NCBI GenBank assembly: GCA_964420075.1 | Contig: CAYQRE010000010.1 | Coordinates: 77,885-141,884, forward strand | Direction of reading: 5' to 3' | Source of the DNA: an uncultured Thermoanaerobaculia bacterium | GTDB lineage: Bacteria > Acidobacteriota > Thermoanaerobaculia > Multivoradales > SZUA-115 | DNA length: 64,000 nt | Shown: positions 53,409 to 62,268 of the stretch, piece by piece | How positions within the stretch are numbered: position 1 is the stretch's first letter | Layout: each line of letters begins with the position of its first letter | Notes under the pieces: model-generated | The model's database searches: none | Seen by the model: only the letters and a program-made list of their open reading frames with translations | Told to the model about the DNA's origin: nothing | Position numbers and translations under genes: made by a program

Positions 53409-53771
53409 ATGAAGAGCCGAGAGCGCGGTGACAGCAACCTGGGGTGCATCGTCTGGCTGCTCGTCCTGGTATTGGTCGGGATGGTGCTGTGGAAGGTGAT
53501 CCCGGTGAAGATCCACAACGCCGAGCTCTACGACTACATGGTCGAGCTCACCAAGTTCGCTGGCAACTCCCACGTCGAGGACATCAAGAAGAAGATCCTG
53601 CTGAAGGCCCGGGAGCTCGAGCTGCCCGTCACCGACAAGCAGGTCGTCATCGAGAAGACCCGCGAGAAGATCCGCATCCGCTGCTTCTACACGGTTCCCG
53701 TCGAGCTGCCCGGATACACCTGGGAGATGGAGGTCGACCACGACATCGATCGGCCCATCTTCTACCTCTAG
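53409..53771 (+). CDS. Single-pass membrane protein, DUF4845-like
   Basis: KSRERG-x-GCIVWLLVLVLVG N-terminus; position downstream of lepB is typical of this family. Confidence 0.65.
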   Translation: MKSRERGDSNLGCIVWLLVLVLVGMVLWKVIPVKIHNAELYDYMVELTKFAGNSHVEDIKKKILLKARELELPVTDKQVVIEKTREKIRIRCFYTVPVELPGYTWEMEVDHDIDRPIFYL

Positions 53772-53826
53772 AGCCGCGGCGAGCGGCACGGCCCGCTGCC
53801 CGCGGTGAGGCCGCGGTCACGATCGC

Positions 53827-55653
53827 ATGGACGCTGAGGGCGCGGTGCATCACGTGGAGGAGTCAGCGCCGCCCGCGGGCGGCGCGGCGACCGCCAGTGG
53901 GCGCCGCGCCGGGAGCCGGCGCGAATGGGCCCACCGGCTGGGCGTCGCGACACTGCTCGTCGAGGCCTTCCCTGGCTTCCTCCTCGGCACCCTCTTCGCG
54001 CAGCTACTCTTCTTCCTCAACCCCCACCTCCGGTTCGATCTACCGGTGATCGGCCGCGCCGTCGCTGCCTATGGTGCGACGGGAGCCGTGGCGAGCTTTG
54101 CTTTGCTGCGGTTGATGAGCCGCGGCCGGCGGCGGCGAGCCTGGCGGCAGGTACCATGGGCGATCACCCTGGCCCTCTGCGCTGCCGCCGTGCTCGGCTG
54201 GGTCCTGCCGTCCTACTACGCCTTCTATCTCCAGCCGGCGATGAACCGGCGGCTGATCAAGGCGGCGGTGTGGCTCTCGGCGACGGGCCTCGTCTGCTTC
54301 TACACGGCGCTGTTGCACTCGTTGTCGCGCCGCCGCTACGGCATCCGCAGCCGGCTGGGCTTCGTGCTCTGTACGGCAGCGGCGATCGCTGCGATGGCGG
54401 AGCGACGCGGCGCCTATCCCACGCCGACGCCACCGGCGGGCCGGCCGGCTCAGCTCGAAGAGAGGGCGCGCCCCCCCCTCCTCTTCGTGGGGATTGACAG
54501 CGCGACGCTGAGCGCCGTGCTGCCGTTGGCTGAGCAAGGGCGCCTCCCCTTCTTCGCCCACCTCCTCGAAAACGGCGCCCACGGCCACTTGAGCTCGCTC
54601 GAGCCCTTCCGTTCGGGTTCCCTGTGGGCGACGCTCGCCACCGGCAAGCTACCGTACAAGCACGGCATCGTCGGTCGCTGGGCCTTCGCACCGTTTTCTC
54701 TGCCTTCTGGGGCGGAGCTCAAGCTGCTGCCACCCTTCCAGCCCTTCCGTGGCTGGGCCAAGCTGGGGGCCGGAGGCCGGCACCTGGACGCCGGTGACCT
54801 CACCGCACTACCCCTCTGGCGGATCCTCGCCCGGGTGGGCCTGCGCACCAGCGTCGTGGGCTGGCCGGGCTCGAGCCCCGTGCAGGTGGAGCCGGCGGCG
54901 ATGGTGAGCGACGACTTCTTTGCGCGGCCCGAGGGGCGGGGGGCGATCTGGCCCACGGAGCTTCGCGAGCCGGCGCTCGCCTTGGCACGGGTGGCGCAGG
55001 AAGCCCCGCTCTTCGCCGCGGGAACGCTCGAGGGCGTCGCGCCGGGCCTGCTTGCCCAGGCCGGGATCGCCGATCGCTGGCGCCTCGAGGTGGCGGAGAA
55101 GCTCGCCGTCGAGGGTTGGGGCGAGGGCGCTCTCTTCGTCACCTTGCCCGGGCTTCGCGACGTCTCGGCGGCGGCCTTCGGCGGCTACTACGCCGCGCAG
55201 CTCGAGGGGGTCCGCAGCCCGAGCGTGCTCGCCGCGGAGCAGGCCGTCGAGACTTACTACGCTCTCCTGGATCGCTTCCTCGCCGAGCTCTGGCAGCTGA
55301 GCGGCGAGCGTGGTCTGCTGGTGGTGGCGTCGGCCTACGGAGCCGAGCCGCCGCGCGGCTGGCAGTGGTTCAAGGCCCAGTTCTCCGGCCGGCGGGCCCT
55401 CGAAGGCGACTTCTCAAAGGCGCCAGCGGGGTTGCTGCTGATGTACGGAGAGAGCGTGCGCCCTGGCGTGCGGCTCGAGGACGGCGAGCTGGTCGATGTC
55501 GTCCCGACCCTGCTCTACGCCTTGCGCTTGCCGATCGCCAACGATCTGGACGGCAAGGTCCTGCGCCATGCCTTCGACCCGGCCGTCCTCGCCCGCCACC
55601 CCCTCACCTTCCTGCCCTCCTACGAGCCGGCGGGCAGCGGGGCGCCACCCTAG
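53827..55653 (+). CDS. Membrane-anchored alkaline phosphatase superfamily (phosphodiesterase-like) protein with a degenerate metal site
   Basis: About 5 N-terminal TM; FVGIDSAT, LWATLATGK, GWP, DVVPTLLYAL, LDGKVL. Confidence 0.78.
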   Translation: MDAEGAVHHVEESAPPAGGAATASGRRAGSRREWAHRLGVATLLVEAFPGFLLGTLFAQLLFFLNPHLRFDLPVIGRAVAAYGATGAVASFALLRLMSRGRRRRAWRQVPWAITLALCAAAVLGWVLPSYYAFYLQPAMNRRLIKAAVWLSATGLVCFYTALLHSLSRRRYGIRSRLGFVLCTAAAIAAMAERRGAYPTPTPPAGRPAQLEERARPPLLFVGIDSATLSAVLPLAEQGRLPFFAHLLENGAHGHLSSLEPFRSGSLWATLATGKLPYKHGIVGRWAFAPFSLPSGAELKLLPPFQPFRGWAKLGAGGRHLDAGDLTALPLWRILARVGLRTSVVGWPGSSPVQVEPAAMVSDDFFARPEGRGAIWPTELREPALALARVAQEAPLFAAGTLEGVAPGLLAQAGIADRWRLEVAEKLAVEGWGEGALFVTLPGLRDVSAAAFGGYYAAQLEGVRSPSVLAAEQAVETYYALLDRFLAELWQLSGERGLLVVASAYGAEPPRGWQWFKAQFSGRRALEGDFSKAPAGLLLMYGESVRPGVRLEDGELVDVVPTLLYALRLPIANDLDGKVLRHAFDPAVLARHPLTFLPSYEPAGSGAPP

Positions 55654-56096
55654 CCCGCCCTGCCGGCCTTGCCGCCGCGCGGCTTCTCCTGCGGCTCGGC
55701 GCTCGCCGGCGCCGCGTCGCTCGGCGCCGTGGCAGGCGCGGCCGGAACACTGTTCGAGTCCATCCCGCAGCGTCCTTCGAAGAGCGCTCCATCTTCGATC
55801 ACCAGGGTGGGGGTCCGCAGCTCGGCGTAGACCTTGCCGCCGGGAGCGAGGTGGACCTTGCGCTCGGCGGCGATGGTGCCGCGCACCGTTCCGGCGACAA
55901 AAATCTCGCCAACGCGGATCTCGCCATCGACCTCGCCATGCTCGCCGACGACGAGGTTGCCGCTCGACGAGATCGTGCCCGTGATCTTGCCCTCGACGCG
56001 GAAGGTGGTCTCGAAGCGCAGCTCTCCCTGCAGATGGCTGCCACGATCGAGAAAGCCATTGAGCTCGTTGCCCGCGCCATCGGATCGGAATTTCAT
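55650..56096 (-). CDS. Bactofilin (polymer-forming cytoskeletal protein)
   Basis: GFLDRGSHLQGEL.F, RVEGKITGTI, GEVDGEI, IEDGALFEGRC. Confidence 0.9.
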   Translation of the reverse strand: MKFRSDGAGNELNGFLDRGSHLQGELRFETTFRVEGKITGTISSSGNLVVGEHGEVDGEIRVGEIFVAGTVRGTIAAERKVHLAPGGKVYAELRTPTLVIEDGALFEGRCGMDSNSVPAAPATAPSDAAPASAEPQEKPRGGKAGRAG

Positions 56097-56099
56097 CAG

Positions 56100-56963
56100 C
56101 TACTCACCTCGGTCCAGCAGGAGATCGTAGAGGCGCATCAGCTCCTCTTCCGAGTGGAAACGGATTCGGACCTCGCCGCCGCGGCCGCGGCGGCGGATCT
56201 CGACACGAGTCATCAAACGCTGCGTGAGCCTCTCCTCGGCCGCCACCGTGTGCACGTCCTTCGCCGGCTTGGGGCGGGCCGGGGCAGCCTCGGCAACCAG
56301 GGCCTCGGCGTCCGAAAGGGCCGTCATCTGCTCGAGATCGCGCGCGGAAAGGCCCTCGCGGACGGCGCGCTCGGCGAGCTCTACCTGGGCCTGCGGCTGC
56401 TCGAGAGCAAGGAGGGGTCGCGCCTGGCCAGCGGTGAGCCGGCCCTCGCGCAGGAGGTCCTGCACCGCGGTGGGCAGGCGCAGCAGGCGCAGCGCATTGG
56501 CGATCGCGGGCCGGCTCTTGCCCACCCGTTGGCCGATCTCGTCCTGCGAGAGCTGGAAGTCCTCGCGCAGGGCGCGGTAGGCCTCCGCCTCCTCCAACGG
56601 GTTGAGGTCGCTACGCTGGAGGTTCTCGACCAGGGCGAGCTCCAAGAGTTCCCGCTCGTCGGCAACCTGCCGCATCGCCACCGGCACCGTCGTGAGCCCG
56701 GCCAGCTTGGCGGCCCGCCAGCGCCGCTCACCGGCGACGATCTTGTACTTGCCGCCGGCCTCGGGGGTCACCACGATGGGTTGCACCACTCCCTGGGCGC
56801 GGATCGACTCGGCCAGCTCGGCGAGGCTCTCCTCATCGAAGCGGGTTCGCGGCTGGCGCTCGTTGGGCCGCAGCCGCTCGATCTCGAGGCGGTCGGTGAC
56901 CGCCGGCGGCTTCTCCCCCAGGAGCGCGTCGAGCCCCCGGCCCAGGCCCTTGCGCTTGGTCAT
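56100..56963 (-). CDS. parB: Chromosome partitioning protein ParB
   Basis: GLGRGLDAL, QPRTRF, GVVQPIVV, IVAGERRWRAA, ENLQRSDLNPLEEA, GKSRPAIANALRL. Confidence 0.96.
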   Translation of the reverse strand: MTKRKGLGRGLDALLGEKPPAVTDRLEIERLRPNERQPRTRFDEESLAELAESIRAQGVVQPIVVTPEAGGKYKIVAGERRWRAAKLAGLTTVPVAMRQVADERELLELALVENLQRSDLNPLEEAEAYRALREDFQLSQDEIGQRVGKSRPAIANALRLLRLPTAVQDLLREGRLTAGQARPLLALEQPQAQVELAERAVREGLSARDLEQMTALSDAEALVAEAAPARPKPAKDVHTVAAEERLTQRLMTRVEIRRRGRGGEVRIRFHSEEELMRLYDLLLDRGE

Positions 56964-57718
56964 GGCGCGCCGCCCAGGAGCTCGCGGGCCAGACCGAGGT
57001 AGGCCTCGGCGCCGCGGCTCTTGATGTCGTACTGGATGATCGGCTGGCCGTGGCTGGGCGCCTCGGCGAGCCGGACGTTGCGCGGCACGACGGTCTGGAA
57101 GACCTTGTCGCCGAAGTGGCGGCGGACTTCCTCGAGGATGTCCCGCGAGAGGTTGGTGCGCTCGTCGAACATGGTGAGCAGGATGCCGGCGATCTCGAGC
57201 CCGGGGTTGAGCCCGCCCTGAATCCGCCGCACGTTGGCGACCAGCTCACTGATCCCCTCAAGCGCGAAGTACTCGGCTTGCAAGGGCACCAGGACGCCGT
57301 GGGCCGCCGACAGGGCGCCGACGGTCAGGTGGCCGAGCGAGGGCGGGCAATCGATGAGGATGAAGTCGTAGGAGCCGACGACGCTCGCCATCGCGTCCTT
57401 CAGGCGCTGCTCCCAACCGGGCTCACCGACGAACTCCACCTCGACGCCGACCAGATCGCGGTCGGCGGGTGCCAGGTCGAGGTTCGGAAAGCCCGTCTTG
57501 CGCACCACGGAGCCGAGCGAGCAGTCGCCCGACAGCGCATGGTAGAGGTGCTGCGCGCCAGCCCGCTCGCCGATACCGCGCGTGGCGTTGCCTTGGGGAT
57601 CGCAGTCGACCAGCAGGACGCGCTTGTCGTAGGCCGCGAGCGCGGCCGAGAGGTTGATGGCGGTGGTCGTCTTGCCGACGCCGCCCTTCTGGTTGGCGAT
57701 TGCCAGGATTCGTCCCAT
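56960..57718 (-). CDS. parA: Chromosome partitioning ATPase ParA/Soj
   Basis: NQKGGVGKTTT, DCDPQGNAT, DCPPSLG, QAEYFALEG, PRNVRLAEAPSHG. Confidence 0.96.
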   Translation of the reverse strand: MGRILAIANQKGGVGKTTTAINLSAALAAYDKRVLLVDCDPQGNATRGIGERAGAQHLYHALSGDCSLGSVVRKTGFPNLDLAPADRDLVGVEVEFVGEPGWEQRLKDAMASVVGSYDFILIDCPPSLGHLTVGALSAAHGVLVPLQAEYFALEGISELVANVRRIQGGLNPGLEIAGILLTMFDERTNLSRDILEEVRRHFGDKVFQTVVPRNVRLAEAPSHGQPIIQYDIKSRGAEAYLGLARELLGGAP

Positions 57719-57800
57719 GGTGCCTCTGTCCCGCTCGGCGCCACCCGCGCAAGCCCAGATGCGCTGCCGGCTCGCGGCGGGTCGCGAAACTTGCGTCCGC

Positions 57801-58445
57801 TCAGCCGCGGACGAACTCGACGATGCTGCGCTCCGCGCTCCCTGCGAGGTGGGCTCGGCGCGCCACCCGCCAGGGTGCCGGCATGGCGGGATCCTCGCGG
57901 CCGACCCAGAGCAGGAGGCGGGCTGCCGGCGAACAACGTCCGAGCAACTCCTCTAGCGGCTCGCCTTCCAGTCGGATGGCGCGTGCGGTCAGCACGTCGA
58001 TGCTCGCAGGGACCCCCTCCGGCAACGGCCGCCGGACTCTAGCATTCAGGCAGTGGCACGGCAACGCGGCGCGACGGGCGACGGCGGACAGAAAGGCCCA
58101 CTTGCGCTCCCGCGCTTCGACCAGCGTGACCCGGGCCTGCGGCAGCAACGCCGCCAACACCAGCCCGGGAAAACCCGCACCGCTGCCCACGTCGACGATC
58201 TGGCTCGCTGGAGCCAGGTCGGCGAGAAGCGGCAGAGCGGCCATCGACTCGGCGAAGTGGCGCTCCAGGACCTGATCCAGGGTGCCCGGGCCGATCAGCG
58301 AGAGCGTGCGGTTCCAACGCCGGAGCTCGTCGTAGTGGAGGAACAAGGCGTGGCCCGCAGCCTCGGGCATCGGCGCCGGGGAGACGCCCGCGAGCCGCTC
58401 GAGAAAGAGGGGCTCCGCCAGCTCGGGAAATCCGTCTCGTTTCAT
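57801..58445 (-). CDS. rsmG: 16S rRNA m7G527 methyltransferase
   Basis: WNRTLSL, RHFAES, DVGSGAGFPG, LVEARERKWAFL, TARA. Confidence 0.9.
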   Translation of the reverse strand: MKRDGFPELAEPLFLERLAGVSPAPMPEAAGHALFLHYDELRRWNRTLSLIGPGTLDQVLERHFAESMAALPLLADLAPASQIVDVGSGAGFPGLVLAALLPQARVTLVEARERKWAFLSAVARRAALPCHCLNARVRRPLPEGVPASIDVLTARAIRLEGEPLEELLGRCSPAARLLLWVGREDPAMPAPWRVARRAHLAGSAERSIVEFVRG

Positions 58446-58510
58446 CGCTCCTCCACGCAGGGCCTACGGGTCACGGCCGCGACTCGTCGACTCTCCAGCC
58501 GCCCGGAGAG

Positions 58511-58526
58511 TGTTCCACGTGAAACC
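58511..58526. promoter_or_regulatory. parS site 1
   Basis: TGTTCCACGTGAAACC vs consensus TGTTTCACGTGAAACA. Confidence 0.85.
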
Positions 58527-58548
58527 TCCTTGGCGCCACCACGGGCAC

Positions 58549-58564
58549 AGTTTCACGTGAAACG
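58549..58564. promoter_or_regulatory. parS site 2
   Basis: AGTTTCACGTGAAACG with a perfect 14-bp palindromic core. Confidence 0.88.
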
Positions 58565-58671
58565 ACGCTGCGAGCCTGGCGGCGCGTAACGACGGGCGCG
58601 ACTGAAGGCGGCAGGCGACGAGCAGAGAGAGCGTCACCCAAGGGCGGCCGCAGCCCAGAAACAAGGCAACC

Positions 58672-58706
58672 CAAAAACAAGAAGGGCGGCCACCAGGCCG
58701 CCCTTC
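58672..58706 (-). terminator. Rho-independent terminator after jag
   Basis: 11-bp stem gaagggcggcc/ggccgcccttc followed on the minus strand by TTGTTTTT. Confidence 0.8.
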
Positions 58707-58729
58707 CGCCTTCCGAACGAGAACCCGGC

Positions 58730-59539
58730 TCAACGCGGGGCGACCAGTACCCTCTTGAAGAAGCCCTCGCCCTGGCTCTCGGTGGTGACGTTGGGGTCCT
58801 CCTTGAGCTCGAGGTGGACCAACCGGCGCTCCGCCGGGCCCATGGTGTCGAGCAGCACGCCTTGGCCCGTGCCGCGCACACGCTCGGCCGTTTCGCGCGC
58901 CAAGGCCCGCAGGCCGCGCTCCTTCTCGGCGCGATAGCCCTCGCTGTCGACGCGGCAGCTCATCGCCCCTTGGCGCTCCCGCGCCAGCATTCGCGGCAGG
59001 AGGTACTCGATGGCCTCCAGAAGCTCGGCCTCCTCGGCCAGCAGGCGCTCTCGATCCGCACCTGCGAGGTCGACCTCCAGCCCCTCCTCGGTCGTCGTCA
59101 CCCGCACGGACAGGTCGAGCCCCGCAAGCCGTAGCAGGTCGCCCATGGCGGCCGCCGCCTGCTCCGCCGCGTCACCCACACGCACGGCGCCGGTGGTCGC
59201 CAGCTCGACCTCGAGACGCTCCGGCCGCGGCCGACGCTCGCGCCGCTCCTCCCGGGAGTGGCCGGAGCTCCGAGCCGGCCCCTCGGCGGGACGGGGCGAG
59301 GCGGCCGGGCGGGCAGCGACGGCAGCCGGCGCCGCGGGCGGGCGGGCAAGCAGCGGTGCTGGCTCGCGCTCCGGGTTCGCCGGGTCCACCTCGATGACCA
59401 CCCGCCGAGGGGTCTTCACGAAGCCGTGCCGCTTCTCGACGAGACTGTAGTTGACCCTCTCGGGCGGCAGCAGGAAGCTGCTCGCGGCTGCCATCACCGC
59501 CTGCTCCAGGGTGTTGCCGGAAAAGAAACGCCGCTTCAT
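58730..59539 (-). CDS. jag: Jag/EloR (KhpB) RNA-binding protein with KH and R3H domains
   Basis: GNTLEQAV N-domain, LEAIEYL, VDSEGYR, ERRLVHLEL, TESQGEG. Confidence 0.87.
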   Translation of the reverse strand: MKRRFFSGNTLEQAVMAAASSFLLPPERVNYSLVEKRHGFVKTPRRVVIEVDPANPEREPAPLLARPPAAPAAVAARPAASPRPAEGPARSSGHSREERRERRPRPERLEVELATTGAVRVGDAAEQAAAAMGDLLRLAGLDLSVRVTTTEEGLEVDLAGADRERLLAEEAELLEAIEYLLPRMLARERQGAMSCRVDSEGYRAEKERGLRALARETAERVRGTGQGVLLDTMGPAERRLVHLELKEDPNVTTESQGEGFFKRVLVAPR

Positions 59540-59598
59540 CGCCACCTTCCAATCGCTCGCGCTGGGGGTTAGACGGGCGGAGGCCGAGAGCCCGCGCC

Positions 59599-61308
59599 TC
59601 ACGCCGACTTCTTGGTCTTCTCCTTGCCGCCGTCCTTCTGGTTCAGGACACGGTTATACACCGTCTGCTGTGCGATGCCGAAGACGTTGTTGGTCAACCA
59701 GTAGAGCTGCAGGCCGCTCGGGAAGCCGGCGAAGAGCACCGTGAAGACCAGCGGCAGGATCATCATCAGCCGCCGCTGCATCGGGTTACCGGTCGCTGGC
59801 ATCATCAGCTGCTGGCCGAGCTGGGCAGCGCCCATGATGATCGGCAGCAGGTAGTAGGGGTCGCGGGCCGAGAGGTCGTGGATCCACAGGATCCACGGCG
59901 CGTGGCGCAGCTCCACGGCGGCCGGAAAGATGCTGTAGAAGGCGATGAAGACGGGAAACTGCAGCAGCATCGGGAGACAGCCGCCGACCGGGTTGGCTCC
60001 CGCCGCCGAGTACACGGCCATCTGCTCTTCCTGCTTCTTGCGCTGCATCTCGAGGTTCATCCGCCCCTGCTTGTCGCGCAGCTTGCCGGCGTACTTGGCC
60101 TCGATCGCCTGCATCTTCGGCTGCAGCTCCTGCATCTTCTTCATCGACACCATGCTCTTGTGGGTGAGCGGCAGGAGCGCCAGGCGGATGAGCACCGTGA
60201 GCAACACGATGGCCCAGCCGTAGTTGCTCACCACGTGGTCGTGAAGCCAGCGCAGGGCGAGGAGGAAGGGGAGAGCCAGGAAGCGGAACGAGCCCAGCTC
60301 GATGGTGCGCTCGAGGTCTTGGCCGAGGGCCGAAAGGCGGGACAGCTCCTTGGCGCCCCAGTAGGCCTGGCCGGCGAAGCTACTGCCGGAGCTCAGGAGC
60401 TCGAGGGCGAACTCATGCGGCCGGCCCTTCGGCTCGTTGGGCGCTTCCCCGGACGCCGGTAGCGGCGTGAACTGCCAGCTCCCCGCCGCCTTGCCCGGGT
60501 CGAGGCCGTAGGCCGAGACGACGGCCCGCTTGAATCCCTGCCGCGGCAGCAAGACGGTCAGGAAGTAGTTGTCCTCGAGGCCGATCCAAGCGAGCTCGTT
60601 GCCCGCCAGCTCCTGCCGCTTGGCGGAGCTCTGCACGGCCGTCGACTTGACCGCGCCGGCGGTGAGATAGACGACGGACCGCTTGGCCAGCCGGCTGCCC
60701 AGCTCCTCGGTGCCCGGGTTGCTCACCCCGGGGCCGACGAACACCGCCCACGGGCCGATGCCCGCCGCCGTGACCTCGTAGTCGAAGAGGCCATCCTCGC
60801 CGAAGGTGAAGACCTTCTCTACCCGGCCCGCGCTGCCGCCGTAGCGGAACTTGACCGTCCGCGGCTCGTTGGTGTCGCGAACCACCTCGAAGAACACCTG
60901 GTCGATCGCCAGCTGCTGGCCTTCCGGGCCGAGGAGGGCAAAGGGGTACGGGCCCGCGTCGCGCCGGCGCACGAGGTCGAGCGGATTGCCGCTGCCATCG
61001 CGCTGGCTCTTCAAGCGGTAGGAGACGAGCTGAGCGCCGCGGTTCGAGAGCTGGACGACGGCCTGATCGGTCTCGATGCTGACGGTCTCTTCACCGCTCG
61101 CCTCGGCGACCAGCCCAACGAGCGCCTCCTCGGCGGGCGGGGTCGCGGCTGGCGCGGGCTCGGCAGCGGTCGCCGCGGCTGGCCCCGCACTCTCAACGGG
61201 CGGCGGAGCTAGTTTCGGCACTGGCTTCTTGGGAGGGAAGAGCCAAGCCCAGAAGGCCAGCACCCCGAACGACAGCACCACGGCCAGGATCAATCGACGG
61301 TTGTCCAC
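59599..61308 (-). CDS. yidC: Membrane protein insertase YidC
   Basis: DNRRLILA, NYGWAIVLLTVLIR, MQELQPK, GGCLPMLLQFP, WIHDLS..DPYY, LYWLTNN. Confidence 0.95.
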   Translation of the reverse strand: MDNRRLILAVVLSFGVLAFWAWLFPPKKPVPKLAPPPVESAGPAAATAAEPAPAATPPAEEALVGLVAEASGEETVSIETDQAVVQLSNRGAQLVSYRLKSQRDGSGNPLDLVRRRDAGPYPFALLGPEGQQLAIDQVFFEVVRDTNEPRTVKFRYGGSAGRVEKVFTFGEDGLFDYEVTAAGIGPWAVFVGPGVSNPGTEELGSRLAKRSVVYLTAGAVKSTAVQSSAKRQELAGNELAWIGLEDNYFLTVLLPRQGFKRAVVSAYGLDPGKAAGSWQFTPLPASGEAPNEPKGRPHEFALELLSSGSSFAGQAYWGAKELSRLSALGQDLERTIELGSFRFLALPFLLALRWLHDHVVSNYGWAIVLLTVLIRLALLPLTHKSMVSMKKMQELQPKMQAIEAKYAGKLRDKQGRMNLEMQRKKQEEQMAVYSAAGANPVGGCLPMLLQFPVFIAFYSIFPAAVELRHAPWILWIHDLSARDPYYLLPIIMGAAQLGQQLMMPATGNPMQRRLMMILPLVFTVLFAGFPSGLQLYWLTNNVFGIAQQTVYNRVLNQKDGGKEKTKKSA

Positions 61309-61338
61309 AGATGTCCTCTCGCCACACCGAACGGGGGA

Positions 61339-61545
61339 TCAGGGGAGGTCGATCCCGCCAGGATGAAATGGATTGCAGCGCAGCAGCCGAGCGCCGGCCC
61401 GCAAGGACCCTCTCCAGGCCCCATCGCGCAGGATGGCGAGGCGAGCGTACTCCGAGCAGGTTGGGCTGAAGCGACAGGCCCGAGGCAGCAGGGGGGAAAC
61501 ACGCGCCTTGTAGACATCCAACAAGGCGACCAGCCAGCGCCTCAT
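61339..61545 (-). CDS. yidD: Membrane protein insertion efficiency factor YidD
   Basis: [31 protein letters not shown]; ATGA overlap with rnpA. Confidence 0.92.
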   Translation of the reverse strand: MRRWLVALLDVYKARVSPLLPRACRFSPTCSEYARLAILRDGAWRGSLRAGARLLRCNPFHPGGIDLP

Positions 61546-61943
61546 TGCGCCGGCACGGCCCGCCAGCGGGCGAGCAGGGCCAGAAGGAGGCGCTGCAGCT
61601 CGCTCTCGAGCTGAGAAAAGGAGGCCCCGGCCGCCGCGGGCTTGAGGTGAACCACCAAGTCCACCGCCGGCAGACGTTCGCGCTCGGCCCAGCGGCGGTA
61701 GATCTCGCGGACCCGGCGGCGGAGCTTCTGACGCACCACGGCGCCCCCCACCTTGCGGGTGGTGGTGACGCCGAGCCGCGGATGGTCGAGCTGGTTGGGG
61801 ATGGAATGCAACGTCATCACGGAGCCATGCTGACGGCGCCCCGTCTGATAGCACCGTTGGTAGTCGACCCGCCGCCGGAGCTTCTGCGCGGGGATGAGCC
61901 GCTCGCTGCGTTCGGGGATCGAGGAATCTACCGCCGCGGGCAT
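61542..61943 (-). CDS. rnpA: Ribonuclease P protein component
   Basis: [37 protein letters not shown]. Confidence 0.9.
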   Translation of the reverse strand: MPAAVDSSIPERSERLIPAQKLRRRVDYQRCYQTGRRQHGSVMTLHSIPNQLDHPRLGVTTTRKVGGAVVRQKLRRRVREIYRRWAERERLPAVDLVVHLKPAAAGASFSQLESELQRLLLALLARWRAVPAQ

Positions 61944-61993
61944 GCCGGCGCTTTCAGCGGGAACTCCCCTCGCGAGGAGCTCCCTGCGGTGCG

Positions 61994-62128
61994 TCAGACG
62001 CTGAGGCGCTTGCGCCCCTTGCGCCGCCGACGGGAGAGGACGGCTCGCCCCTGACGGGTCCGCATGCGGACCAGGAAACCGTGGGTGCGCTTGCGGCGGC
62101 GATTGTTGGGTTGAAAGGTCCTTTTCAC
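61994..62128 (-). CDS. rpmH: 50S ribosomal protein L34 (44 aa)
   Basis: My translation from GTG: [44 protein letters not shown]. Confidence 0.96.
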   Translation of the reverse strand: MKRTFQPNNRRRKRTHGFLVRMRTRQGRAVLSRRRRKGRKRLSV

Positions 62129-62151
62129 GGTCGATCGCCTTTATGTACTCT

Positions 62152-62196
62152 GTTGATCGGTGATGGGTTGATCGGTGATGGCCTGATCGCTGTCGG
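62152..62196. repeat. 15-bp tandem repeat (two exact copies plus one degenerate) upstream of rpmH
   Basis: gttgatcggtgatgg x2 then cctgatcgctgtcgg. Confidence 0.7.
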
Positions 62197-62268
62197 TCGG
62201 CCCGTCTCGCCTGGCGCGCCGCGCCAGCACCTCCGGGACTACGGACGAAGGACGGAGATTAGAGCAGT

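Noticed and set aside
61301-61309. DnaA-box-like TTGTCCACA
   Set aside because: Single copy coinciding with the yidC start codons; no box cluster or AT-rich unwinding element.
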